A DNA stretch of 63,973 bases, counting the filler. It is 12 parts of 12 records of this genome, joined end to end, with 100 filler letters (N's around TTAATTAATTAA, not from the genome) between each part and the next. Parts side by side here need not be neighbours in the genome. Positions count along the whole stretch, not along the records: positions 9,892 to 14,778 come from SRR9188676_3288; positions 14,879 to 25,272 come from SRR9188676_3365; 10 more parts are not named here. One strand, written 5' to 3'. The translations under genes were made by a program, and so were the position numbers. Of this stretch, positions 13,160-23,632 are shown in pieces; position 1 is the stretch's first letter, and every line of letters begins with the position of its first letter. Below the pieces are notes generated by a model. That model saw only the letters and a list, made by a program, of their open reading frames with translations, had not been told where the DNA came from and did no database searches.

Positions 13160-14650
13160 ATGTCGTCATCCGAAGTACTGAAATCAATTCTTGTGAAAGA
13201 AACACGCATTCAATGTCCTGATGATAAGAAGAAGAAGAAGAAGCAAACATTAACATTCTACAATATCAAGCATGTCAAGTGGGATGTGAAAGCTTATCCG
13301 AATATTGGACCACCGTGTGAGGTGAACGATAGTCACCTCTGGATCGAACCACCTCCCCCTGTCACCAACCACCGCAAATCAAAAAAAGAGAAAGAACCAA
13401 AAACACTTTTGACTTTTTCTGCAAAGAAACGACTTAAGAAGAAGAAACGCGAGGCTTCATCAGATCAAGAAACTCACGATGATTCTGAGCGAGGCTTATC
13501 AGATCAAGAAACTCACGATGATTCTGATACGGACGGACAGGGTGCTGAGAATGTGCTTGAAGATGAGAACCATGGTATTGAACTCAATGGCCAAGCGTCG
13601 ACCGATAATGCTTATTCTATTTCTCCTGAGATTAATGCCAAGATTGATGAATGTAAAATTGATGAAAGCAGGGTCAATTGTGCTGGGTGTGATGCTCTGA
13701 TATCCCCGATTTTTGAATGTCCCTACTGTCTTGAAGAATCTCGGCTCTCTTCGGCCAGATCCAGAAGCTTCTATTGTAACAAGGACTGCTTCCGACTCGC
13801 TTGGTCGCATCACAAAATACAACATCCAAATATTATGAAAAAGAAAGCTTCTGGGACTTCGGACAATGAGAAGAAATCCACGATAGATACTCATCCCCCA
13901 ATAAATGCAATCACCGCCGCAATAAAGGCAACTGGATCGTCATCCCCCAGCGCTCGTGCTGACCAAGGCGAGGCCAAACAGCCACGATCTTCATGGAAGA
14001 GCGGCTTCCTAACCGAGACCCGTCACTCAGCGCCCTCGCGCCCACTCGCTGCATCTTCTCCCGCTCCTTCTGTCTCTGCACCCACCCCTGTGGTCTCGAA
14101 ACCGACCTCTTCAGCCAATACGGTCAGTGCGGCGACGGGCGCAGCGTGCAGTGTCACCTCCGCAATCTGTACGCCGCCTGCCGTGTGCGGTGTGGCTTCT
14201 GATGTTGCCTCCCCCTGCCTCGAGCGAGCGTGTGTCGATGAAAATGCTGCTCGGGGCCCTGCCGCGTCCTTGCCTCTCTACCCCGTCATGCATTGCTTTC
14301 CAGCAGCGGCATTACCCGAGCATCAGTCCCTCCACCCCTCTCACTCCCCTCAGTCCCCGTCTCTGCGTTGCATGGGGTTCAGCTGGAGAGACATCATGTA
14401 CCTGTGGGGGTCAGTGCACATGCTGCTCGACGCCCTACTGCGGCACACCTGGCACAGGTACCCAACCGCATCCTCTATACAAAAAAACAATCAACCAATG
14501 TCAATTCCTTTTGTCTTCTTGTTCCGCTTCGATCTTTCCATACTCTTGTCTGTGACGGATCAAGAAAGATTGACAAAAAGATCTAAAGGTTCTATGTGGT
14601 CGGTCATCTGCAAAAGTGCTGTGTGGTCATCGGCAAAAGTTCTGCTGTGA
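13160..14650 (+). CDS. Low-complexity protein with a MetAP1-type C6H2 (MYND-like) zinc finger; probably spliced near 14457
   Basis: Long ORF; motif CAGC...FECPYC...FYCNKDCFRLAWSHHKIQH; Lys-rich NLS-like stretches; first ATG at 13160. Confidence 0.65.
   Translation: MSSSEVLKSILVKETRIQCPDDKKKKKKQTLTFYNIKHVKWDVKAYPNIGPPCEVNDSHLWIEPPPPVTNHRKSKKEKEPKTLLTFSAKKRLKKKKREASSDQETHDDSERGLSDQETHDDSDTDGQGAENVLEDENHGIELNGQASTDNAYSISPEINAKIDECKIDESRVNCAGCDALISPIFECPYCLEESRLSSARSRSFYCNKDCFRLAWSHHKIQHPNIMKKKASGTSDNEKKSTIDTHPPINAITAAIKATGSSSPSARADQGEAKQPRSSWKSGFLTETRHSAPSRPLAASSPAPSVSAPTPVVSKPTSSANTVSAATGAACSVTSAICTPPAVCGVASDVASPCLERACVDENAARGPAASLPLYPVMHCFPAAALPEHQSLHPSHSPQSPSLRCMGFSWRDIMYLWGSVHMLLDALLRHTWHRYPTASSIQKNNQPMSIPFVFLFRFDLSILLSVTDQERLTKRSKGSMWSVICKSAVWSSAKVLL
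13449..13527 (+). repeat. Two-copy ~39-40 bp tandem duplication in coding sequence (SDQETHDDS x2)
   Basis: gcgaggctt(c)atcagatcaagaaactcacgatgattctga occurs twice back-to-back. Confidence 0.85.
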
Positions 14651-14985
14651 GTATGACAATTCCTGATCATCCAATTCGAAGAGACTATCGATGTTCGCTA
14701 TGGATTTCATGTGTCGGTTTTGAAATTGTCAGAAACAGAATGTTCATTTATTCATACCTTAATTGTTGGGATAGTTTANNNNNNNNNNNNNNNNNNNNNN
14801 NNNNNNNNNNNNNNNNNNNNNNTTAATTAATTAANNNNNNNNNNNNNNNNNNNNNNNNNNNNNNNNNNNNNNNNNNNNCAATTGAAGCGAGCTATTACTC
14901 AGATTTTCCTCACTTGGACTTGTGTTTTCAAAACTCCAAGCGAGCAAACAATTATCCAGATAAAATGCTGTTATAAAGGCATCGC

Positions 14986-16665
14986 TTACATACTCCCAAA
15001 AATCTCTTTCGAAAGCTTCGTATCTAAATCGTATAAATCTTTTCTGAAATTGATTTGTCCAGCGCTGTCAACCCAAGTAGTAAAATAAACGATGTAAACG
15101 GGTACAGTCGGGCGAACACGAATACCGTATTCTTTATCAGTTTTTAGAATTTTATTAACTCGATTCTCATTCCAAGTAGAATCTTTTCTTAATAAATAAA
15201 GGGCTAATCGGTTTGGTTCGGCTACTCTGATACAACCGTGACTAAAAGCTCTTTTCGACTCATTGAATAATCCTTTTGATGGTGTATCGTGCAGATAAAT
15301 ACTGAAATTGTTAGGGAACAAAAACTTTATTTTTCCAAGTGCATTGTCGTCTCCCGGTTTTTGTCGGAAAGTAAAAGGCACATTTTCATTGTCTTTATAT
15401 TTTTTCCAATTGATTTTATTCGGATTCACCACCGTATTGCCTGAAAGTACTTCCATGTTATTATCAGACAAATAATCTGCATTTCGTTTGAGTTTCTGTA
15501 ATATTTCATTCTTTACAATACTCGTCGGAATTCCCCAGTATGGATTTAAAACAATGGTCGATAAATGTCCTTTAAAAATACTTGTTTGTGTAGCGGTTTT
15601 TCCAACGACCACATTCATCGCCCAAGCTTGTTTGCCATTTTCAAAAACATGTAATCTGAATTCTGGAATGTTTATCAACAAATAATCTTTTTCTAGTTCA
15701 ACAGGAACCCATCTGAGGCGTTCCATATTAATCATGATTTGTTTGATTCTGGCTTCAACAGGCTGATTCAATTCTTTGATAGTAGCAAGGTCTAATTCTC
15801 CATTTTTGGATAAACCCATTCTAAACTGAAACCTTTTTACTGCTTTTGCCAACGAATCTGTAAAAGCCATGCTTCCATCATTTTCTTGGAGGTCGCCAGT
15901 GAGTAATAAATGTTTTTTTACATTGACAATACAAGAGTCGCTATCGCCAAGTGCGATTACTTTTTTGTTAGCAACTATTTGTTGCCAACCGCCTTTTTGT
16001 TGAATGTCACGATATTCTCGGAGCTTCTTTTTTAAACGAATATAGTATTGATTAACAGGTTCTTGTATTTTTTCACCTTTAGAAAGCGATACAAGTGAAT
16101 CCAGTAAAGTTTGATAGTTTTTCTTTTTTCGGGGAATAAACCATTCTAAATCGAATGGATTTTTGGTGATGCCATTGTATGCTTTTTCGGCATATTTAAA
16201 AAAAGTGGCAGTCAATAATAATTCTAATTGTTGTACTTCGCTTTTTTGAGTTTGAAACTTTTTTTCATCAGCCTGAGCCGCTAATATTAAGTTTTCCATT
16301 TGGGCATTATCAAAGCTGTTATCATCAAAATCTTTTTGATAAGCCTGCAATTGATTATAAAAAATAGAAACTGAATGTGTTAATCCATTTTTAGTAATCC
16401 ATGCCAATTGGTAGTTCCGTCTTGTATAAAATTCATGAATTTCTTCTTGAATGGTATCTGACACAGGGAAAGTTTTAAGAAAAGCAGTAATAGAAGCAGA
16501 ATCTAATACTAAATCATTATAGTTCTGTGATTGATAAATGCTTGAATCTGGCAAAATACCTCTCTTTTTCCTTTTCTCTTTATTACAACTCTGAATGATT
16601 ATCAGGAAAAATAAAGCACAGAATAAGCTCAAAAATAAAGGATATGTTTTTTTAATTGTTTTCAT
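14986..16665 (-). CDS. L,D-transpeptidase, YcbB/LdtD family with scaffold and peptidoglycan-binding domains (lipoprotein)
   Basis: IIIQSC lipobox-like site, AVKRFQFRMGL PG-binding motif, INMERLRW, QKPGDDNALGKIKFLFPN, IYLHDTP...FSHGCIRV YkuD catalytic motif. Confidence 0.92.
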   Translation of the reverse strand: MKTIKKTYPLFLSLFCALFFLIIIQSCNKEKRKKRGILPDSSIYQSQNYNDLVLDSASITAFLKTFPVSDTIQEEIHEFYTRRNYQLAWITKNGLTHSVSIFYNQLQAYQKDFDDNSFDNAQMENLILAAQADEKKFQTQKSEVQQLELLLTATFFKYAEKAYNGITKNPFDLEWFIPRKKKNYQTLLDSLVSLSKGEKIQEPVNQYYIRLKKKLREYRDIQQKGGWQQIVANKKVIALGDSDSCIVNVKKHLLLTGDLQENDGSMAFTDSLAKAVKRFQFRMGLSKNGELDLATIKELNQPVEARIKQIMINMERLRWVPVELEKDYLLINIPEFRLHVFENGKQAWAMNVVVGKTATQTSIFKGHLSTIVLNPYWGIPTSIVKNEILQKLKRNADYLSDNNMEVLSGNTVVNPNKINWKKYKDNENVPFTFRQKPGDDNALGKIKFLFPNNFSIYLHDTPSKGLFNESKRAFSHGCIRVAEPNRLALYLLRKDSTWNENRVNKILKTDKEYGIRVRPTVPVYIVYFTTWVDSAGQINFRKDLYDLDTKLSKEIFGSM

Positions 16666-16898
16666 AGGAGTATATAAGTATGAGTGCTGAATTGCGAATG
16701 CTGAATTATGAGTTTAAGTGTCTGAATATCAACTTATTGGACAATTTGTAAATCTAAACTTATATTGCACGATTACTTAAGTATAAAGAAAGATTAAATA
16801 GACATTACTTTATAAGCATATTTGATAAGTAACTGTTTGATTTTGAGAATTTACAGATAACAGATATACTATTAACTGATAACTTCTTTTTACTTACT

Positions 16899-17522
16899 TT
16901 AAGAATGAATATAAAGTAAACTACCGTTTGCCAATACTGGAATTACTTTTGGAATCAAATCATTTGGTAAAGCAGGACAACCGTAACTTCTGCCTAAACG
17001 ACCAAATTTCTGAATAAAAGTTGAGCTGACATACGATGCCCCATGAATGATGATTTCTCGTCGACGAGCATTATCGTTAATTCCTTTTTGTAAACCATAT
17101 AAAAGTAATGCGAGGCCATGTTTCGGACTCGTGATTTTATTCCCAACCAAATAAAAACCAAGACTACTTTGATGTGAATCTATTTTATTTGAAAAAGAAC
17201 GAGCCAGGTTTTCGCCAGATTTTTTACCATGTGCCACCAAAGAAGAGAACAATAATTTCTTTTTTGATAAATCAATCACAAAAAAGCGTTCCACGTTGGA
17301 AGGTAGAGAAAAATCTACAATAGTAACAATGGGTTTTGATGGATGAAAAGTTTGATAACCATCAACAGATTCTTTGAAAGCATTGTAGCTTACCACTCCA
17401 TTTAACTGGCAATCGGCATAAAGTGTCTGCGTTTCATCCAGTACAACAGCCGTTTTTGTGGGAATTGGTTTTGCTAAACAAAGATTTAGCAAGAGTACAA
17501 TTGCGTGGAAAGTGAAATTCAT
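16899..17522 (-). CDS. Murein L,D-transpeptidase catalytic domain protein (YkuD_2 family)
   Basis: IVDFSLPS...VAHGKKSG...FSN...SSLGFY...[14 protein letters not shown]...[11 protein letters not shown]. Confidence 0.9.
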   Translation of the reverse strand: MNFTFHAIVLLLNLCLAKPIPTKTAVVLDETQTLYADCQLNGVVSYNAFKESVDGYQTFHPSKPIVTIVDFSLPSNVERFFVIDLSKKKLLFSSLVAHGKKSGENLARSFSNKIDSHQSSLGFYLVGNKITSPKHGLALLLYGLQKGINDNARRREIIIHGASYVSSTFIQKFGRLGRSYGCPALPNDLIPKVIPVLANGSLLYIHS

Positions 17523-17750
17523 ATTATTTTATTGCCTTGTGTTTTGTTTCTATACTAACAGCTTCGCCTCGGTTTTCATTGCAATTCGTCAGAGAAATCT
17601 TTATTAAAACCTAGACTTCCCTCAACTCAAATATGCTGAATTAGCATACTGGCAATAATTAATACAAAATTATCATAAAATGATTCTAAACAGAGCTTTT
17701 TGTTAACAAACTGATATTATTAGAATTATTTTCAGGTTAAACAGTCAATG

Positions 17751-17758
17751 TACTTTTG
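17751..17758 (+). promoter_or_regulatory. Bacteroidota sigma-A -7 element (TAnnTTTG) upstream of the YdcF-SusCD operon
   Basis: TACTTTTG about 190 nt upstream of the ATG at 17945. Confidence 0.5.
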
Positions 17759-17944
17759 TGTCAGAAAAACGCTTCTGCAAAGTTTAATTTTTCATGAACA
17801 CCTTCCGAGTTGAAAATCAACTCAAAGATACAATCAAACAAGTCTAATAAAAATAGACGCCTTCATTCACTAAACTTTTATCCAATAATGAATAAGTATC
17901 CTCTTTTTGCGGAAGGAGTACTTGTTTGTTGAAATATACAATTG

Positions 17945-19207
17945 ATGAAAAAAATATACTTTTTATTCCTTTTTTGGCTGATTTCGGGAATTGTCTCCCA
18001 ATCTCAAGCACAAAATGCGAAAGCCAATTATGCCCTCATTAAAGGCAAAAGTTTTGTCCAGTCTAAAAATTATTATCTCCTTACTTTATTTCAAAATTTA
18101 CCAGCAGTTAAACATTTGTTGAGCAATGATGCTACGTTAAAAAGTATCACAACTCAGAAAATTGAAGCGTTGAATAATGCCTCAAAACAATGTCAAAATA
18201 AAGTTAGCTGTCTCAGTGAAAGTATGCAGTTTTCTGAAACTGAAATTGAGGAAATCAGTAAACGTTTAGGTGTACTTTATGAAGAAAATAATGCTTTGGG
18301 AAAATTGGTTTCAGAACATTTAATTCCTTCAGGCACTTATATTTTAGTGCAAAAACTTACTCCAAAAGAACAATTAATCAAAGCTTGGGAGCAAGATGCC
18401 CGTGGAATTAATTTCACGATTGGGGTTTATGTTGCTGGACAAAAACCAAATTATCCAAACATCGACTCCATCAGTTTTAAAGTTACTCATAAAAGCTATC
18501 CACAATTAGTTGGTGATTTGCATAAAACAGTTCAGGAAGAAAGTAAAAAAGCCAATTTGTTTTTTGAGTCATCACTTACTGCTGCTTTGTTGGCTTTAGA
18601 AATCAATGAGCGTGAACAAGTAGCTGATTTTGAGCCAATGGCTTCTACGGTCAATAAATTAGCCTTCGATAGAATCAAAACAATTAATTGGAAAGCCTTT
18701 CCATACTCAGTAATTCTTGTACCCGGTGCTGGTCCAGAAGAGCCAGAAGTAGCTTTAAGTGCAGGAGGAATGTTGCGTTGCAGAGTGGCTGCTTTACGTT
18801 ATTTTGAAGGATTAGCCCCTTTTGTGGTGGTTTCTGGCGGAAATGTTCATCCTTATAAAACGAAATTTAATGAAGCCATTGAAATGAAAAAATTCATGGT
18901 GGAAAAACTTAAAGTACCAGCCAATGCCATTATTGTAGAACCACACGCCCGCCACACTACAACCAATATGCGTAATACGGCTCGTTTGATTTTCCGTTAT
19001 GGAATTCCTTTCGACAAAGCTTGTATTACTTCTACTTCAAAATCACAAAGTATGTATATCCAAGAATTGAATTTGGATAAACGTTGCGAGAAAGAATTGA
19101 ACCATGTGCCTTACCGAAAAGGCAAACGCTTGTCTGAAACCGAAACTGAATTTTATCCGCTTATTGAAGCACTTCAAATCAACGCACTTGAACCACTTGA
19201 TCCATAA
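17945..19207 (+). CDS. Secreted YdcF/DUF218-family protein with N-terminal helical extension
   Basis: Signal peptide (MKKIYFLFLFWLISG...SQAQ); ILVPGAG, VVVSGG, EAIEMKK, IIVEPHARHTTTNMRN DUF218 motifs. Confidence 0.82.
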   Translation: MKKIYFLFLFWLISGIVSQSQAQNAKANYALIKGKSFVQSKNYYLLTLFQNLPAVKHLLSNDATLKSITTQKIEALNNASKQCQNKVSCLSESMQFSETEIEEISKRLGVLYEENNALGKLVSEHLIPSGTYILVQKLTPKEQLIKAWEQDARGINFTIGVYVAGQKPNYPNIDSISFKVTHKSYPQLVGDLHKTVQEESKKANLFFESSLTAALLALEINEREQVADFEPMASTVNKLAFDRIKTINWKAFPYSVILVPGAGPEEPEVALSAGGMLRCRVAALRYFEGLAPFVVVSGGNVHPYKTKFNEAIEMKKFMVEKLKVPANAIIVEPHARHTTTNMRNTARLIFRYGIPFDKACITSTSKSQSMYIQELNLDKRCEKELNHVPYRKGKRLSETETEFYPLIEALQINALEPLDP

Positions 19208-19212
19208 ATGTT

Positions 19213-19306
19213 AGTTGTGAGTTTTGAATTGTGAATTAAAAATGTAAATAAAAACTCACAATTTACTCATTCGCAATTCACAATTAGAAATTCACAACTC
19301 ACAACT
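19213..19306. repeat. Inverted array of degenerate heptamer repeats (AATTGTG/AATTCAC-like)
   Basis: agttgtg-agttttg-aattgtg-aatt ... aattcac-aattaga-aattcac-aactcac-aact; the outer 18-mers are reverse complements with one mismatch. Confidence 0.75.
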
Positions 19307-19311
19307 TACTC

Positions 19312-20208
19312 ATGAAAAAAGCTATCATTGAAATGAGCGGACTTGTCCTCTCAGGTATTTTGAGTTTTTGTTTTTTATCACAACAAGTTACTGTTAAAGA
19401 CCTTGAATTTAGGCTAAAAAAAGAGTTTTCGATTGATTCTCTTGGTGCTGGGCAAGGCATCAGTATTCAAAACGAAAAAGCCTTTATTTATGGCGACCGT
19501 GAAGTAGGAATGATTCGTGAATATGTCTTGAACAATGATTCACTGATATATACTGGCAAAGAAATGCAGTTGAGTTTGGCGGGAAAAGACGTGATTAATC
19601 ATCCAACGGGCATTGCATTTCATAAAAATCAACCAACTTTTATAGGGAACAGTATCCGCTTAAATCCAGAAGGAACACTTTGGAAAGCCATGATTTATCA
19701 TGTTGATTGGAATGGTTTACAAAAAACAAAAACACTTGATGGCAATTTGCTCAATACGATTGAAGACGATGCTTGTATTCAAGGGACTCGTCCAGAATAT
19801 GTACAATATCAAAACAAATGGTTTGTAGCAACTGCTGATTATGGCAATAAGAAAAACGAAGTACGTTTATACAATCCGTTAGCACTGAAAACTGCTAAAA
19901 AGACTTCTGAAGCAGGCGTACTTTATAAGAAATTTACTTGCAGTCCTTTCGTGCAAAATTTGCTTTGGGTTCCTGAAAAAAAAGTGTTGGTCTTAATTCA
20001 AAACCAAATTGAAGGACGCAGATGGCGATTTACTTTTTTAGATTTTGAAAAATCTTTAGAGACAGGGCACGAAGTAGTTTTAAAAACAATAGACCTCGAT
20101 AAGACAGATGAATTAGAAGGTTTTGCCTTGACCAAAAATATTCAAAAAGGCATTGCAGTTACATCTGCTCGTAAGGCAAACGTGCATCTTGCAAATTTAA
20201 AATGGTGA
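19312..20208 (+). CDS. Hypothetical exported protein, probably beta-propeller
   Basis: Intact 298-aa ORF inside the operon; N-terminal hydrophobic segment; repeated beta-strand motifs (AGQGISI, HPTGIAF, VQNLLW, ELEGFAL). Confidence 0.7.
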   Translation: MKKAIIEMSGLVLSGILSFCFLSQQVTVKDLEFRLKKEFSIDSLGAGQGISIQNEKAFIYGDREVGMIREYVLNNDSLIYTGKEMQLSLAGKDVINHPTGIAFHKNQPTFIGNSIRLNPEGTLWKAMIYHVDWNGLQKTKTLDGNLLNTIEDDACIQGTRPEYVQYQNKWFVATADYGNKKNEVRLYNPLALKTAKKTSEAGVLYKKFTCSPFVQNLLWVPEKKVLVLIQNQIEGRRWRFTFLDFEKSLETGHEVVLKTIDLDKTDELEGFALTKNIQKGIAVTSARKANVHLANLKW

Positions 20209-20247
20209 AAATATAATCCAAATTTCCAATAAATAATCAACAAAAAA

Positions 20248-23200
20248 ATGCAAAAACAAGTACAAAAACAGCTTTGGCTGAGAGCCATGCTGTTAATTGT
20301 AATGGCTGGTACCCAGACAATCGGTACAGTAAAAGCTACTGCTTTTACACAGCAAAAACAAGTGGCGGCGACAATAACAGGAACTGTAACGAACGAGGCG
20401 GGACAAATAATGCCGGGAGTAAACGTTTTTGATAAAACGGCAAAAAAAGGAACAGTAACAGATGCGAATGGGAAATATTCAATTGTTTCTAATGAAGGAA
20501 ATACTTTAGTTTTCAGTTTTGTAGGCTATGAATCGAAGGAAGTTTTAGTGGGAAAATCTTCGCAAATCAATGTCAAGCTTTTTGAAAATTCACAGGAATT
20601 ACAAGAAGTTGTAGCCATCGGTTATTCTACAGTGCGTAAAAGCGACGTAACTGGTGCAATTTCTAGCGTAAAAGCAAAAGAATTGAACCTTACAACACCT
20701 ACAGTTGGACAAGCCTTAGTTGGAAAAGTTGCGGGCGTACAAGTATCACAAGTAAGTGGTGCGCCTTATGTAAGTACCAAAATTCGTGTGCGTGGTGTAG
20801 GTTCAATCAATGCCAGTTCAGACCCACTTTATGTAGTTGATGGCTATCCTGTTGGTAATGATTTATTTATCAATCCAAACGATATTGAATCTATCGACAT
20901 CTTGAAAGATGCAGCTTCGGCGGCGATTTATGGTTCAAGAGCTTCTGGTGGGGTAGTTTTAATTACCACCAAAAGAGGAAAAGAAGGGACAGGTCAGTTT
21001 CAATATGATGTTCAATATGGGTTGAATCAACTAAGTAAAAAAGTAGATTTGCTAAATTCAGAGCAATTTGCACAATTATTAATCGACGGTCATAATAATT
21101 CATATCGTGATTTAATCGTGAATTCAGGAAGAACTTGGAATGATGCCATGTTTTCAGACGATAATGCGACCAGAGTAGCTAAAGTTGGAAATGCTTCTTC
21201 TGTAAGTATTCCTTCAGAATTCTACAATTTTGCCACACAGACATTGATTAAACCAACGATTAATACCGATTGGCAAGATGAATTGTATCAAACTTCTTTG
21301 GCACAGCGCCATAATTTATCATTCTCTGGTGGTAATTCTTCTACTCGTTATGCCATCAGTGGTGGATATTTGAATCAGCCGGGGATTATTAAAAGTACCA
21401 AGCAAGAACGTATCAACTTCCGTGCAAATGTTGATGGGCAAGTAAGTAAAAAACTAAGAGTTTCAGGAAACTTAGCCGTGACGACCAACGAAAATCGTGA
21501 AGTACAAGAAGGACGTTTTAACCAAGGTCCAATTCTTGGCGCTTTGATTTATATGCCATTTTTCAGTGCTTATAACGAAGACGGAAGTTTAAAGAAAAAT
21601 GAAGCAGCATCGAAATCATCTTTATATGCTTATCAAACACTTGAAAACCCAGTTGCTTTGGCAACCGAAACACATATTTCAAGAAAAGGTGTTCGTGGTA
21701 CTTTTAGTGGAAATGCTACCTATCAAATTTTACCAAGTTTATCGGCTAAAGTGAACGTTGGTTTACAAACTTATAACGAAAAGTACGAGTATTATTTGCC
21801 AACTTCATTGAGTAATGGTGCGAATCCTCCGGGTTCTCCACAGTCAATTGCCGCAGCCAACGCTGTAGCGACGACAAGAACTGAAATGGATAAATTAGCT
21901 GAATTTACGTTGAATTATAATGAAAAATTTGGCGAACACAGTATCAGTGCTTTGACGGGTTATACGGCGCAAAAGTTAGATATTGATGTAATTAGCGTAA
22001 CCGCAAAAGGTTTCCAAAACGATAGAATTGAGGAAATTACTGGAAAAGGTGCTGACCCAACTTTATTTACATTGAATGGTGCTACAGGAAAATCTACGGC
22101 TACTTTGCTTTCATATTTGGGGCGTTTGGGGTACAATTATAAAGAAAGATATTTCTTAACGGCTTCTTTCAGACGTGACGCTTCTTCTCGTTTTGGTCCT
22201 TTAAATCGTTGGGGAAATTTCCCATCTGTATCTGCTAGTTGGAATCTTTCGCAAGAACCATTCTATGCTGATAAATTTGGAGACCAAACTTCTATCAAAT
22301 TGCGTGCAAGCTGGGGTTTAAGTGGTAACAACAACATCGGTAATTATAATTATTTACAGACGATGTCTAGCCCCACAGGAGTCGTTTTTGGCAATGGAAC
22401 AATTCAATCTGCGGTATATCCAAACGATATTCGTGACCAACGTTTAGGATGGGAATCTACGTCTCAAATCAACTTTGGAACAGACATTGGTTTGTTCAAC
22501 AACCGTGTTTTTGTGATGGCGAATTATTATGTTTCTGAATCTTCAGATTTGTTGTTTAACCAACCTGTTTCGGCTGTTGCGGGAGCTTCTACGATTTTAA
22601 CAAACCTAAGAAACTCTAAAGTACAAAACAAAGGTTTGGATTTACAGATTGATACTCGTTTGGTTCAAACGGGCGACTTGAAAGTAAATTTAAGCGGTAA
22701 TATTTCAATCAACCGAAATAAAGTATTAGACCTTGGTGGTGCAAATGCCATTTTCACTGCAGGTGCTGAACGTTCTTATATCACTCACACTACGCAAGAA
22801 GGTCAGCCAATCGGTATGTTCTATGGTTTTAAAGTGAAAGGAATGGTTCGCCAGTCGGACATGGATAATTTAGCGGCGGATAATTTGGTATATAATGCAG
22901 CAACGCAATCTTTTCCAAAAGATTATAAAATCAAAGGTCCAGCACGTTCTACTGCATCAAGTAATCCTTTGAAACCGGGAGACCTTTATTTTGAAGACGT
23001 AAATGGCGATGGCGTGGTAAACGATTTAGACAAAACAGTAATCGGTACACCTTACGCTAAGTTTACTTATGGTTTTGCACTTTCGGCAAGCTACAAAAAC
23101 TTTGATTTGAGTTCATCTTTCAACGGTTCTTATGGCAACCAAGTATTAGACGGACAAGATTATTATGTTTATAACATGGAAGGTTCTGGAAATCAGTACG

Positions 23201-23568
23201 CTTCGGTCGTAAATCGTTATCGTTCAGAAACGGAACCGGGCGACGGAACGGTTTATCGTGCATCTCGTGGTGGAACCCAAAGTAATAGTACTCGTCTTTC
23301 AAGTTTTTATTTACAAGATGGTTCATTCTTCCGTTGCACTAATCTTACGCTTGGTTTTACAGTACCAACGCAATGGTTAGGGAAACAAAAATCAGTATCC
23401 AATGCTAGAATTTACATAGGAATTGATAATGCTTTCACCATTTCAAAGTACAAAGGCTATAACCCAGAAGTTGATTACAACAATGGAGCAAACCTTACTC
23501 CGGGTGTTGATTACGGAAAATATCCTTTGATGAGAGCCTACAACATCGGTGCAAAATTGACATTCTAA
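20248..23568 (+). CDS. susC: SusC/RagA TonB-dependent outer-membrane transporter
   Basis: ITGTVT...GTVTDANGKYSI, plug motifs IRVRGVGSINASSDPLYVVDG and DIESIDILKDAASAAIYGSRASGGVVLITTKRG, C-terminal GAKLTF. Confidence 0.96.
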   Translation: MQKQVQKQLWLRAMLLIVMAGTQTIGTVKATAFTQQKQVAATITGTVTNEAGQIMPGVNVFDKTAKKGTVTDANGKYSIVSNEGNTLVFSFVGYESKEVLVGKSSQINVKLFENSQELQEVVAIGYSTVRKSDVTGAISSVKAKELNLTTPTVGQALVGKVAGVQVSQVSGAPYVSTKIRVRGVGSINASSDPLYVVDGYPVGNDLFINPNDIESIDILKDAASAAIYGSRASGGVVLITTKRGKEGTGQFQYDVQYGLNQLSKKVDLLNSEQFAQLLIDGHNNSYRDLIVNSGRTWNDAMFSDDNATRVAKVGNASSVSIPSEFYNFATQTLIKPTINTDWQDELYQTSLAQRHNLSFSGGNSSTRYAISGGYLNQPGIIKSTKQERINFRANVDGQVSKKLRVSGNLAVTTNENREVQEGRFNQGPILGALIYMPFFSAYNEDGSLKKNEAASKSSLYAYQTLENPVALATETHISRKGVRGTFSGNATYQILPSLSAKVNVGLQTYNEKYEYYLPTSLSNGANPPGSPQSIAAANAVATTRTEMDKLAEFTLNYNEKFGEHSISALTGYTAQKLDIDVISVTAKGFQNDRIEEITGKGADPTLFTLNGATGKSTATLLSYLGRLGYNYKERYFLTASFRRDASSRFGPLNRWGNFPSVSASWNLSQEPFYADKFGDQTSIKLRASWGLSGNNNIGNYNYLQTMSSPTGVVFGNGTIQSAVYPNDIRDQRLGWESTSQINFGTDIGLFNNRVFVMANYYVSESSDLLFNQPVSAVAGASTILTNLRNSKVQNKGLDLQIDTRLVQTGDLKVNLSGNISINRNKVLDLGGANAIFTAGAERSYITHTTQEGQPIGMFYGFKVKGMVRQSDMDNLAADNLVYNAATQSFPKDYKIKGPARSTASSNPLKPGDLYFEDVNGDGVVNDLDKTVIGTPYAKFTYGFALSASYKNFDLSSSFNGSYGNQVLDGQDYYVYNMEGSGNQYASVVNRYRSETEPGDGTVYRASRGGTQSNSTRLSSFYLQDGSFFRCTNLTLGFTVPTQWLGKQKSVSNARIYIGIDNAFTISKYKGYNPEVDYNNGANLTPGVDYGKYPLMRAYNIGAKLTF

Positions 23569-23632
23569 ATGAATTTTTCAGGAAGTAATCAATATTAAAA
23601 TCCTGAAATTCAATTAAACAAGATTCAAAAAA

